A DNA stretch of 64,000 bases from Mobula birostris (lineage: Eukaryota). The position numbers were made by a program, and so were the translations under genes. The notes under the pieces were generated by a model. The model saw only the letters and a list, made by a program, of their open reading frames with translations, had not been told where the DNA came from and ran no database searches. The stretch is from positions 90,302,569 through 90,366,568 of the forward strand of contig NC_092377.1 in the NCBI RefSeq assembly GCF_030028105.1, in the 5' to 3' direction. The first letter of the stretch is position 1. The number at the start of each line of letters is the position of its first letter. This document shows, piece by piece, positions 1-12,050 of this stretch.

Positions 1-89
1 CACAGGGGTCTTCGGGGTGGGCTCGCACCTCAATCTCACGTTTGGCAGGGCCTGAGATCGTCTTCCCCAGACTTACGCAGCCAACGGAA

Positions 90-428
90 CCAGAGTGTTT
101 CAATAAAAATATTACTATAACGAGCAATAAACAGTACAAAGCTAAATCAAATTAATATTTGGTGTGACCACCCTTTGCCTTTAAAACTGCAACAGTTCTC
201 TTAGGTACACTGTTGTGCAGTTTTATAAGAAAATCAGCTGGTAGGTTGTCCTAAACACCTTGGAGAACTTGCCACAGTTCTTCTGCAGAGTTTGGCTCTC
301 TCACTTGCTTCTGTCTCCAGGTAATCCCAGACAGCGTCAATGATGTTGAGATTAGGGTTCTGTGGAAGCCATTCCATCTAAAACCATATAAAAAAAATCT
401 AGGGTGCCTAATATTTTTGCACAGTACT
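90..428 (-). mobile_element. Degenerate, internally deleted Tc1/mariner fragment
   Basis: Minus-strand peptide REPNSAEELWQVLQ resembles a Tc1 transposase C-terminus; ends in a Tc1-type terminus (gggtgcctaatatttttgcacagtac) followed by a TA run. Confidence 0.55.
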
Positions 429-1129
429 ATATATATATGTGATATCAATTTATATTAGAATGATAAAAGTAACAATACAGACCCATGCCAACCAAGATGC
501 CCATATAAGCTGGTCCCATTTGTCCATATTTGGCCTGTATCCATCCAATCCTTTCCTATTGCATATCTGTCCAAATGTGTTTTATTATAGCAGTCTGAAT
601 CAGTTTGAGCTACTCATTCCACACATGCACCACCCTCTCTGCAAAGAAGTTGCCTTTTCAAGTCCCTTTTAAGATCATTGCCCTCTCACCCAAGACCTAC
701 AGCTTTTGATTTCCTTTACTTCCAACCCAGTTGATTAAAAATGCACTAACTCCTCCAAAATTGTAGTTACACACATTACCAGACTGTTGTGCTGCTCTGG
801 GGTCAGAGCCCAAACTAACACAGCAACTCCAAGCAAGGTCTGCCCCCCATCACCCCACTCATCTTGGTAGCAAGAAACTCATTCGCAGGAAATTAAGATT
901 TTGCTCTTGGCAATGAAGTAGCACAATCTCAGACCCCAATTATCATTGTGCTGAAATAACTAAATACTTAGAAAAATAAACAGGTGTGGAAGTACCACTG
1001 AAAGCCATCTGTAGAGGAGGAAGGGCATGGACGAAGACTCATTCTCCCAATGTTCTGTGATTTTGAATGTAGAGACTTGTAGCACCTTCCAGCCGAACAC
1101 ACCAACATCGCCCAAATACAACCATATGA

Positions 1130-1620
1130 CCAATTAACCAACTAACCTGCACATCTTAGGAATGTGGGAGGAAGCCAGAACACCCAGAGCAAACCCACGT
1201 GGTCATAGGGGAGAACACACAAGTTGCTTACAGGCAGCAGGAACTGAACCCGGATTGCTCGTGCTGTAATAGCATTACACTAACCACTACGTAGGAAGAC
1301 ACAGCACATACAGGCCACAATTTATTATTGGTCTCCAAGCAATAATTACCCACAATGACTAATGTCTGTGTGGAGGGAGTTCGGTAGATTTTTCCTTGAA
1401 CATAAGGATCTCTCATGGATGCTTTGTTCCTCTCATATTCCATCAGTGTGTAGGTTAACAGTTTAATAAGTCTGTGTTGTCCCAATTGTTGGCAAGTGGT
1501 CAAATCTTGGGGGAGCTGAGGGAAACATGCAGAGAATAAACTGGACCTATCGTAAATGGATGGTCAATTGTCAGCACAGACTCAATGGGTTACAGAGCTG
1601 TTTCTGTGCTGTTTGATTCC
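1130..1620. mobile_element. Degenerate SINE(s), V-SINE/HE1-like
   Basis: Motifs (ggaatgtgggaggaagcc, aacccacgtggtcataggg, taggttaa...taagt) recur in similar form at ~26000, ~42000, ~56700 and ~62550. Confidence 0.4.
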
Positions 1621-4600
1621 GTGAAGCAGAACAAAGGACTTAAACTCTGTTCTAAAATGAAAAAAAAATCTCTCAAGGCCAGTTACAACAAAATACAAGT
1701 TTCTCTCAAAAGTTACAAACATGATACAAAAGTTACAGAAATTATAGCACAGGAAACCACCCAACATTGCGTGCCTGCGCCCATCCAGCTCTTGAACAGG
1801 TGTCGAAATCTATCCCCAACAATACCCTTGTGATATTTTTTTTAAATCAAAACTTAAATGTTTCTCCATAGCTTCCTCTTTTGACCCCTATTACCAACAC
1901 CCCCTAAAATTACAATTCAGTGAGAAATCTTTCCTTCCATTTCTAAACACCTTGGTAGAACATCATTCTGGTCAAGTTTCAAACTTTCCTTTGTTCAAGT
2001 ACTTTCCTATAATGAAGCACCCAGAACAATAAACACTAATCCATAGCTTTGATTTGAACTAAGCACAGCAGTAGTCAGCATGTTTTAAGTGAACTCCACC
2101 GACAGAGTCAATATTTGTCAGAATTTTTTGCTGAATCACCAAATGATTCCTTTAAATCATCTGAGCTTGACTCTACAGGCATCATAACCTGTGTGTACGT
2201 GCAACTGGACACACTCTCCAAGCCAGAAGCTAGCAGGTTCATGTACCAACCAAGGGACCCCATCACAACATCAGTGAGAACTTTGGAACTGTGCCCAAGG
2301 ATATGTTGATGACCACTCCCATGATCAATTTTCAACAGATAGGCAGTAGAAGAACAAAAGAAAAAGCATTGCAATCATGGAAACAGCAGATTCAAAAAGC
2401 AAGCTGACTGATGCACCCCACAACCAATGTGGTTTCATCTTTCAGGCAAGATATTGGACCAAGGCTCAAATACTTTCTCAAATGAATGCAAGAGACGCCA
2501 TAACACTTTGAAAAGAGTTATCCTAGCCATCATTTAATCTCTCAACCGAGAATGCTGAATTGTTCTCTGGCCGCCAGCATGTGCCAATTAGTCATGTACA
2601 ACACATCATATGTTACTGGTCATATTTCCTACATTACTCTTCAGAAATATGTCACTGCACTGAAGTCATGAATGGGACTGTGCAAACACAGATGACATTC
2701 ACTGTTTTTGAAGTAGATTTTTTTTAATACAAGGAACTATACTCATCAGGCAATTACTTGCTGGGGAAACCGCCAAGAACCAGCAATCTACTTAACAAGC
2801 TTTCTCGATGAGGAATCCTTGCTCCAAATAGGTGGCTCTGTTCTCTGCTATAGAACCAATTCTGTTTCTCAAACACCAAAGACTCATCCCTGTGGCCATT
2901 CTTTATTGACTAGCCTAGGGCACTGGGTGAAGTGTTCTTCTGTGGAAGGCAATGGAGTCAAGCCTTCTCTGCCACTGCATAGCCTTCCCACACAACAGGC
3001 ACTAGCTGGGGGTCCAGGCCTGTACCTGCTCCATATAGAACTGGAGTGACCCAGGACAACCTGAGCAATACATTTAACCCTCTGCACGCAAATTAGGGCC
3101 CTTTATACCCTCTCATCCCTTTTCCCATTTCCTGAATGCTAGCTTTCCACCTCCCCATAACCCTTTAAACTCCGCTGAAGCCCCTTTAAACCATCCTTAC
3201 TCAAAGTTCAAAGTAAATTTATTATCAAAGTACATGTCACCAAATAATCCCAAGATTCATTTTCACGCAGACATTCATAGTACAGCAAAGAAATGAATCA
3301 ATGAAAAATTTCAAAGACGCTTATATGCAAAAGACGGCAAAATGTTTAAATGCAAAAATACACAAATAATAAATAAATAAATAAATACTGAGAACACGAG
3401 TTGTGGAGTTCTTGAAAGTGAGTCCATAGGTTGTCTTCAAAGATCAGCTCAGTGTTTATGGTGAGTGAAGATGTCCACGCTGGTTCAGGAGCCTGATGAG
3501 GGCAATAACTTAGTTTTCCAAATCCCAAACTTATTCCCTTTCCCTCTTCCATCCTAGGACCTCATTAAACCTATTTTCCTCTCAACCAAGGTGCAGTTTA
3601 TCATCCACCTACATAACAATGCCTCATTCACTTTTCTCCAGCAGTTACTCAGGTACTGGCTTCAGAAGATGGATCAGTGCTGAGGATGTGTTATAGATTA
3701 GCAGCATCCTGAAGTTAAGAAACTACTTTGCTGCCTTGGCAAGGTAATTCTTCACTGGGTGGTCCAAAGCATTGAAATGTTGACTATGTCGCAGCTCAAT
3801 AAAACTCTGGTTAGGCCACATTTTGAATATCACATTCAGTTCTGGTTGCCTCATTATAGGAAGGATAGTGGAAGTTTTAGAGAGGATACAGAGGAGATTC
3901 ACCAGAATGCTGCCTAGATTAGAAAGCACACCTTATGAGGATAAATTGAGCAAGATAGGGCTTTTCTCTTTGGCGAGGAGGATGATAAGTGATTTGATTG
4001 AAATGTCCCCCCAGGCAAAAATGGTTAATACAAGGGGGTATAACTTTAACATGAAGGGAGGGGAAGGATATCAGGACTCTTCCACCCCCACTAATGACCC
4101 CTTCTCCCGTCTTCAACCCTCTTCTTCATGGACACCCCGCTCTGGTCTTCTGCCTGCTCTGGATCTCTTTATTGCTAACTGCCAACGGGACATCAATCGT
4201 CTCGACTTCAACGCACCTTGTTCCCATTCCAACCTCACTCCTTCGGAACGCTCTGCTCTCCACTCCCTCTGCACTAATCCTAACCTTACTATTAAACCCG
4301 CCGATAAGGGGGGTGCTGTTGTAGTCTGGCGTACTGACCTCTACCTTGCCGAGGCACAGCGACAACTCGCGGATACCTCCTCTTATTTACCCCTTGATCG
4401 TGACCCCACTAAGGAGCACCAGGCCATTGTCTCCCACACCATCACCGACTTTATCCGCTCAGGGGATCTCCCATCCACTGCTACCAACCTTATAGTTCCC
4501 ACACCTCGCACTTCCCGTTTCTACCTCCTACCCAAGATCCACAAACCTGCCTGTCCTGGCAGACCTATTGTCTCAGCTTGCTCCTGCCCCACCGAACTCG

Positions 4601-5637
4601 TTTCTGCATACCTCGACACGGTTCTATCCCCACCTTGTTCAATCCCTCCCTCCCTATGTTCGTGACATATCTCACGCTCTTAAACTTTTCCATGATTTTA
4701 AATTCCCTGGCCCCCACCGCTTTATGTTCACCATGGATGTCCAGTCCCCATATACTTCCATCCCCCATCAGGAAGGTCTCAAAACTCTCCGCTTATTTTT
4801 GGATACCAGACCTAATCAGTTCCCCTCTACCACCACTCTGCTCCGTCTAGCGGAATTAGTCCTTACTCTTAATAATTTCTCCTTTGGCTCCTCCCACTTC
4901 CTCCAAACTAAAGGTGTAGCTATGGGCACCGTATGGGTCCTAGCTATGCCTGCCTTTTTGTTGGGTTTGTGGAACAATCTCTGTTTTGTACCTATTCTGG
5001 TATCTGTCCTCCACTTTTGCTTTGCTACATCGACGACTGCATTGGCGCTGCTTCCTGCACGCATGCTGAGCTCGTTGACTTTATTAACTTTACCTCCAAC
5101 TTTCACCCTGCCCTCAAGTTTACCTGGTCCATTTCCGACACCTCCCTCCCCTTTCTAGATCTTTCTGTCTCTATCTCTGGAGACAGCTTATCCACTGATG
5201 TCTACTATAAGCCTACTGACTCTCGCAGCTTTCTGGACTATTCCTCTTCTCATCCTGTCTCTTGCGAAAACGCCATCCCCTTCTCGCAATTTCTCCGTCT
5301 CCGCCGCATCTGCTCTCAGGATGAGGCTTTTCATTCCAGGGCGAGGGAGATGGCCTCCTTTTTTAAAGAAAGGGGCTTCCCTTCCTCCACCATCAACTCT
5401 GCTGTCAAACGCATCTCCCCCATTTCACACACATCTGCTCTCACTCCATCTTCCCACCACCCCGCTAGGAATAGGGTTCCCCTGGTCCTCACCTACCACT
5501 CCACCAACCTCCGGGTCTAACATATTATTCTCCATAACTTCCACCACCCCCAACGGGATCCCACCACTAAGCACATCTTTCCCTCCCCCCCTCTCTCTGC
5601 TTTCCGCAGGGATCGCTCCCTAGGCGACTCCCTTGTC

Positions 5638-5666
5638 CATTCATTCATTCATTCATTCATTCATTC
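5638..5666 (+). repeat. (CATT)n microsatellite inside the Penelope-like element
   Basis: About 7 CATT/TTCA units; the matching position in the 19.2-20.4 kb copy has only cattc. Confidence 0.85.
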
Positions 5667-6402
5667 CTCTCCCCCACCATCCCTCCACACTGATCTCCCT
5701 CCTGGCATTTATCCTTGTAAGCGGAACAAGTGCTACTCATGCCCTTACACTTCCTCCCTTACCACCATTCAGGGCCCCAGACAGTCCTTCCAGGTGAGGC
5801 GACACTTCACCTGTGAGTCAGCTGGGGTGATATACTGTGTCCGGTGCTCCCAATGTGGCCTTCTATACACTGGCGAGACCCGACGCAGACTGGGAGATCG
5901 TTTCACTGAACACCTACGCTCGGTCCGCCAGAGAAAGCAGGATCTCCCAGTGGCCACACATTTTAATTCCACATCCCTTTCTGACATGTCTATCCACGGC
6001 CTCCTCTACTGTAAGGGTGAAGCCACACTCAGGTTGGAGGAACAACACCTTATATTCCGTCTGGGTAGCCCCCAACCTGATGGCATGAACATTGACTTCT
6101 CCAACTTCCGCTAATGCCCCACCCCATCCGTTATTTATTTATATACACACATTCTTTCTCTCACTCTCCTTTTTCTCCCACTGTCCCTCTGACTATACCC
6201 CTTGCCCATCCTCTGGGTTTTTCCCCTCCCTCCCCCTTTTCCTTCTCCCCGGGCCTCCTGTCCCATGATCCTCTCATATACCCTTTGCCGATCACCTGTC
6301 CAGCTCTTAGCTCTATCCCTCCCCCTCCTGTCTTCTCCTATCATTTCGGATCTCCTCCTCCCCCTCCCACTTTCAAATCTCTTACTAACTCTTCCTTCAT
6401 TT

Positions 6403-6438
6403 GGTCCTGACGAAGGATCTCGGCCTGAAACATCGACT
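6403..6438 (+). ncRNA. Minimal type I hammerhead ribozyme motif at the PLE 3' end
   Basis: GGTC-CTGACGA-AGG atctcgg CCT-GAAA-CATC-GACT: stem I, CUGANGA box, stem II, GAAA box, very short stem III and cleavage triplet. PLEs are known to encode such motifs. Confidence 0.7.
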
Positions 6439-7974
6439 GTACCTCTTCCTAGAGATGCTGCCTGGCCTGCTGCGTTCACCAGCAACTTTGATGTGTGTTG
6501 AAGGATATCAGTGATTTTTTTTTGAAAAAAAGAGTGGCTAGTGCATGGAACCCAGGGGTGGTGGTAGAGGCAGATACATTAGGGACATTTAAGAAATTCT
6601 TCGATAGGCACATAAATGAAAGAAAGATGGATGGCTATGTGGGAGCAAAGGGTTAATTGATCCTGGAACAGGTTAAAATGTCGACACAACATTCTGGGCC
6701 AAGGGGCCTATATTGTTCCAGGTAACCCCTTTGCAGGCAAAAGTACAGGACACGAGGATGTAGAACAAGACGGGATCCAAGCTGTAGCGCTTAACTAGCC
6801 GGGCTCCCAACAAACTTGTTTGAATCAGACCACCCAACAATATAGAAAACTGCCCAGATATGTCCTGCTCACAAAGATAAAATTAATCCATTCCAATTAA
6901 TCACTGCCTTGTAGACTTTCAACTAAAGATGCTATCAACCATACTATTAAGTGGCATTTATAAATAAGTTGCTTACCAATGTTCAGACTGCGTCCCACTA
7001 GGACTTCTCACCTCCAGCTCCATAAACTGGGTTCAAGCATGTACCAAAGAACTGAATTCCAGGTACGAAGTGAAAATGATTGCCCTTGACAGGAGGGCAG
7101 TATTTTTCTAATTGTGACATCAATGAGCCCTGGTAAAAACTAAAGCCAAAAGGGAAAACACTCCGTATTTGGACTAAGACCTCACACAAAGAAAAATTCG
7201 TTCCAGCCCATCATTGCAGGAATTCCTCAGGGCGATGCTGCGAGTCTAACTTCTTCAGCTGCTTTATCAAATATCTTTCCTTCACCCTGGGCTAAAAGTT
7301 CAGGCATTAGCCCAATAGTCAATTTCACGCTGAACTCCTCAGCAAAATGAAGCTGCCCAAGTCCAGATGTCTGGCTACACCAGAAATGGTCTGATAAGAG
7401 GCAAAATAACATTCATCTCACACATGCCACGGCCAACTCCAACCCCTGAAAGGCAATGGCATTACGATTGCCGAGATCGTACCATCAACCAGAAAGTTAA
7501 CAGGACCACCAGATTTACAAGAGCAGGTTAGGGCTGCAGAATGTTGTGGGAGTGACTTAGCTGCCAAATCAACACAGACTTTCCCCAATCTACAAGGAAC
7601 AATCCAACTGACTGACACTGCATCAACCACATGAGCAATCAGCCTCTCCAGCAGCAACACATGGTTGCTTCTGCACCACTGGCCCCAAACACAAGCAACC
7701 AGAACCTAATAACTTGGGCAGTGTTTCAAGGCACGATACAGCTCTACATCATGAGCAAAAATAGATGTGAAATATACAGTGGGCTATTTTCACTCCTTTG
7801 TTTAGTCTGTACCCACACTCCACAGTTCAAACCCATATGGATGGCTCTGCCACACCCCCGGACAACTCGTTCCTCCTCTCCCCACCCAACACCTGATTGT
7901 GATGCCAACAGTCAACTGATGCTAGTCTTTCATCCTGATGCCAATCCTCTCCATGCGTCCTTTTTTTTTAAATC

Positions 7975-8660
7975 AACAAACTGCTGGAGGACCTCAGCTG
8001 GTGAAGGAGCAAAGGGACTGTCAGTGCTTCAGGCCGAGACCCAACATCAGGACCAAGAGCGTACAGGATAGGTAACCAGTTTCCAGAGAGGAAGGAGCAA
8101 GGAAAGGGGCTGGGAGGCGATGAGTGGGGTGATACAGGTACAGTGGGGGATAACAGGCAGAGGAGGATGAATTTAGAGACAGACTGGTGGGTGATGGGTT
8201 GAAACAGGATAATGGAAAAAGCAGGGGTTGGGGTAGGACAGGAGAGCACAGGTAAGGGGGCAGGAAGAGACAGATTGCCCGTAAACTGATAGGTGAAAAT
8301 GGAACTGGTTTATTATTGTCACATGCACTGAGGTACAGTATAAAACAGTAATAGAATGCAGAATAAAGTGTAACAGCTACAGTGAAAGTGCCAGGCAGGT
8401 AGACAATAAGGTGCAAGATCACAAGGATATAGATGGTGAGGATAAGAGCCCACCTGTTGTATTAGGGAACAGGCAAGCGGAATAAGGGAGGAAATAAACA
8501 CTGGCGAGACCAAGCATAGACCAGGTGACTGTTTTGCAGAACACCCATGCTCTATTCACAATGACCTTCTGGTTGTACATGTCTGAACTCTGCTCCTCAT
8601 TCCCACATTAACTTGCCTTCAGTCTCCTTCACTGTCACAGAGGCTGAACACCACTGAGAA
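7975..8660 (-). mobile_element. Highly degenerate Penelope-like 3' end
   Basis: Same terminal motif as other copies (tgctggagg..ctcagc), decayed hammerhead motif at 8020-8055, purine-rich tract, GIY-YIG remnant (acactggcgagacc) nearby. Confidence 0.5.
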
Positions 8661-9204
8661 CAGGATTTCATATTCCTGCCTACAACTAAATAACACAAAC
8701 ATTGATCTTGAGTTACACACACACACACACCATGATCCTTTCCCACCCCTAAACCACCCAGGTTCTCACTCCCCATATTCATCTTTGTCCATTTCACCCC
8801 TCCACTCATCACTCACTCTCACCTGGTTCTACCTGCCCATCATTCAAACAACTATCCACCCGGGTTTCTTCTCCTTTGACATATCCTACCCCTCTCCTCC
8901 GCCACTCAGCTGTGCCAGCCCTTCCTTCTCTGATTCCTCATCACCTTGCAGCCCATCCCACCCTACCACCTGGCTCCATCTGCCTAATTCTGATCTTTAT
9001 TTCACCTACCACTCACCAATTTATCCTTAAACATCACTCTCCCCACTGCTGCCCCAGCATCATCACCCCCACACCCCTCAGCATCTGGCATTTACCAACT
9101 CGTCTCATCCCTCCTTTTCATCCCTTTATTTTTTCAGATCTTCCTACTACACCACGAGTTCAGATGCGCCATACAACTCTTGTACCCCCACAATTCTTGT
9201 AAAT

Positions 9205-9272
9205 ATACGTGAATATAGAACTCGTGCGTGAAAAAAATTGACGCACGGAACGTAAAAGGTTGGCCACCCCTG
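9205..9272. mobile_element. Possible hAT/MITE terminus
   Basis: Ends in GGTTGGCCACCCCTG, the reverse complement of a hAT-type TIR CAGGGGTGGCCAACC; the partner TIR was not found. Confidence 0.35.
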
Positions 9273-9719
9273 CTCTACATTTTAGTCCTGATGCAAGGTC
9301 TCAACCATCCTTTTTGTTCCAGATTCCAGTGACCACATTATCTTGAATATCTTGTTTAATCCCTCTTCTACACCATGCATCCTTCTTGCTCTCTCCACAA
9401 ACCATCCTAACCACCCCGAACTGTAGCCACCTCTTCTCTCAGCCACAGATGTAAATACTCATTTCTTTACGTAAAAGTCCACAGCCACTCGTATCGTCAG
9501 CCAACGTGACCGAACATCACTACCTGGTCGCTGACACATCTCTTCAGAACTTCCTGTGCCCAAACCGCCTGCCGCACTTCCTATTCTACATGAGTGGGTA
9601 TGCAGTAAAAACACACACACACAGAGAGTGGCCGTGAAAACTAATGGCGAGTTCTCCGATTTTGTCAAAGAAGATGCTATAAAATTGCAAGTGCAGGCTA
9701 TATAGCGCCATGGACACTC

Positions 9720-10075
9720 CCAGCCCGGAATCCTACTTACCTGATGCTCCTCATCACGTCGGTGCAGGGGAGCTGGCGGCCGGCTGCCGACCCCTCCGTG
9801 GCTCTGTGCTGGGCGCGGAGGGCGGCGAGCCGCGGGGCGCCGGCGCCTCTCAGCCCGGCCGGTAACCGGGAACGACTCCTCGCCAGCTGCGTCCACATGG
9901 CCCCGGCGCTCCAACAAAGTGTGGCGACTGAAGCCTCCGCGCGCGTCCGCCCTTAGCCCCGCCCTCTTAAAGGGACCGTGTCTGGAGCCGCGCCGTAGCC
10001 TTCCGTCCCCTCCTCTCCTTCCACCGGCGGCCTCTGGCCTGGCCTGGCCTGGCTCTTTGCCCCAGGGATGGGCCT
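9720..10075 (-). promoter_or_regulatory. CpG island promoter
   Basis: Very GC- and CpG-rich against a CpG-poor background; GC box CCCCGCCC at ~9957-9964 upstream of the ATG. Confidence 0.8.
9741..9898 (-). CDS. MTHFD1L: First coding exon of probable MTHFD1L (mitochondrial formyl-THF synthetase), encoding the presequence
   Basis: GCCATG start; MWTQLARSRSRLPAGLRGAGAPRLAALRAQHRATEGSAAGRQLPCTDVMRSI(R), Arg/Ala/Leu-rich and acid-poor; strong AG|GTAAGT donor (phase 2); lies in a CpG island; follows PLEKHG1 on the same strand as in human. Identity rests on synteny and peptide character. Confidence 0.7.
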
Positions 10076-10439
10076 GGAAGGAGGTACATTTACCTAGCAG
10101 ATACCTAGAGCAGTTATTTTCGGGTTAGGGTTAATATAACTGAAGTAGCTGCTATGATTCGGTATTATATAGAGTGATGTGTATAATGACTGTATGCCAG
10201 GCAGAATAGGGCGTGATTTGATTAATAACCTTGCTGATCGAGACTGAATTAAAACTCGAATCATTTGGGCCGAAGGGCTTATTTCTCATTTGATTACATT
10301 TACATCCAACATTCCTAAATGATGATACCCAACTTAGATTGAGAGATGTTGTGTAACGTCTTTCAGTGTTCTCTGTTCGTTGGTGTGGCTAAATAAACTG
10401 TTGCATTTTTGCATGCACCCCATTCAGTTCACCGATTAA

Positions 10440-11410
10440 TGATACCAATTCTGAAAGTCTGTAGGCATAGGATCCAGGGAAACTTGGCAGTGTGGTTTCA
10501 GAAGTGGCTTGCACCACCGGAAGCTGAGGGTAACAGTAGCTGGAGCATATGCTGCCTGGAGGTAGGTGATTTTTATAAATGACTTAGATAAGGAAGTTGG
10601 AAAAGTGGGTTAGTAAGTTTGCAGATGACACAAAGTTTGGAGATGCTATGGATAATGTAGAAGATTACAAAGGAACATTGATAAGATGCTGAACTGGGCT
10701 GAGAAGTGGCAAATTGAGTTCATTCTGGTGAATTGTGAAATGATACTCCGGAGGGTCAAATCTGAATGTAGAATATAGAGTTAATAGCAGGATTCTTAGC
10801 AGTGTGGAGGAACAGCTGGATCTTGTATCCATGTCCATAAATCCTGCAAAGAGGTAATGTTGCAGCTCCAAAAAATTCTGGTTAGACCACACTTGGAATA
10901 TTGCTTTCATCTCTGATTGCCTGATTATAGGAAGGGCGTGGAAGCTTTAGTGAGGGTGCAGAGATTTACCAGGGTGCTGCTTGGATTAGAGGAAAAGTTA
11001 AATGAGCGAGGGCTTTTTGCTTTGAAGCAAAGGAGGACAAGATGTGACTTGACAGAGATGTATATGATAAGAGGCATAGACAGAGTGGACATCCAGCATG
11101 TTTTCCCCAGGGTGAAAATGGCTAATATGAAAGCACATTGTTTTAAAGTGATTGGTGGAAAGTATGGGGGGGTGGGGTCAGATAGTTTTTTTCCCCCACA
11201 TAGAGTGGTGGGTATGTGGAACATGCTGTCAGCGTGGTGGCCAAGGCGATACATTAGGGACATTTAAGAGCCTCTTAGATAGGCACATGGATGAAAGAAA
11301 AGTGGAGGGCTCTGCATGAAGAAAGTGTTAGATTGTTCTTGGAGCAGATTAAAAGATTAACATTCTGGATTGAAAGTCCTATACTCTGCTGTACTCTTCT
11401 ATGTTCTATG
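10440..11410 (+). mobile_element. Degenerate CR1 LINE 3' part
   Basis: tttgcagatgacacaaa (FADDT), VQRFTRVLLGLE peptide, ttctatgttctatg tail. Confidence 0.8.
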
Positions 11411-11449
11411 ACTGTCAAAAAAGACTAAATTGAATGGGGATTTCTCTTC

Positions 11450-12050
11450 CATAAAATCATAAGACCATGAGATTTCAGAGCAGTATTAGGCCAATTGTCC
11501 CATTGAGTCTGCTCTGCCATTTAATCATGACTGATCCATTTTGCTCTCAGCCCCAATCTCCTGCCTTCTCCCTGTATCCTTTCATGCCCTGACTAAACAA
11601 CCTCTGCCTTAAATATACCCAATGACTTGGTCTTCACAGACACCTGTGGCAACAAATACCAAAGATTCACCACTCTCTGGCTAAAGGAATTCCTCCTTAT
11701 CTCTGTTCTAAATGGATGTCTCTCTCTTCCGAGGCTGTGTCCTCTGGTTTTAGACCCCCCCCCCATAGGAAACACCCTCAACACATCCACACTATTGAGG
11801 CTTTTCAACATTCAACAGGTTTCAATGAGGTCAACGCTCATTCTTCTGAATTCTGGTGAATACAGGCTCAGAGCCATCCTCATAGTCTTTCTATCCCAGA
11901 ATCATTTTCATGAGCCTCCTTTGAAACCTGTCCCATGTTAGCACATTCTTTCTTAGATATGGAGCCAAAAATTGCTCACAATATTCCAAGTGAGGCCCCA
12001 CCAGTGCCTTATAAAGCCTCAACATTACATTCTTGCCTTTGTATTCTAGT
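11450..12050 (-). mobile_element. Degenerate CR1 LINE 3' fragment
   Basis: Minus-strand peptide KTRGHSL...FRTEIRRNSFSQRVVNLW. Confidence 0.75.

Larger units (their letters stand above)
4075..6499 (+). mobile_element. Penelope-like retroelement (RT + GIY-YIG endonuclease), 5'-truncated and frameshifted
   Basis: PLE RT motifs IKPADKGGAVVV, FYLLPKIHK..PGRPIVS, TMDVQSPYTSIP, GVAMG, YIDD, LPFLD; GIY-YIG motif GVIYCVRCSQCGLLYTGET..RLGDRFTEH; flanked by 12-bp direct repeat GAAGGATATCAG at 4063-4074 and 6500-6511. Confidence 0.93.
3760..6720 (+). mobile_element. Old CR1 LINE 3' fragment split by a Penelope-like insertion (pieces ~3760-4074 and ~6500-6720)
   Basis: Peptide LERIQRRFTRMLPRLE...IGLFSL...LIE is a CR1 ORF2 C-terminus; CR1 3'-end sequence resumes right after 6511. 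Confidence 0.75.

Noticed and set aside
3823-4665. 280-aa CR1-PLE fusion ORF as a novel chimeric gene
   Set aside because: Chance in-frame junction of a decayed CR1 with a truncated PLE; the TSD explains it and the frame breaks before the RT core.
6976-7420. Candidate MTHFD1L exon 2 (GTAAGC donor near 6976)
   Set aside because: No recognisable MTHFD1L peptide; the region looks like decayed LINE sequence.
9459-10128. ORF-track proteins across the CpG island
   Set aside because: Products of high GC content; the credible coding frame is 9898-9741.
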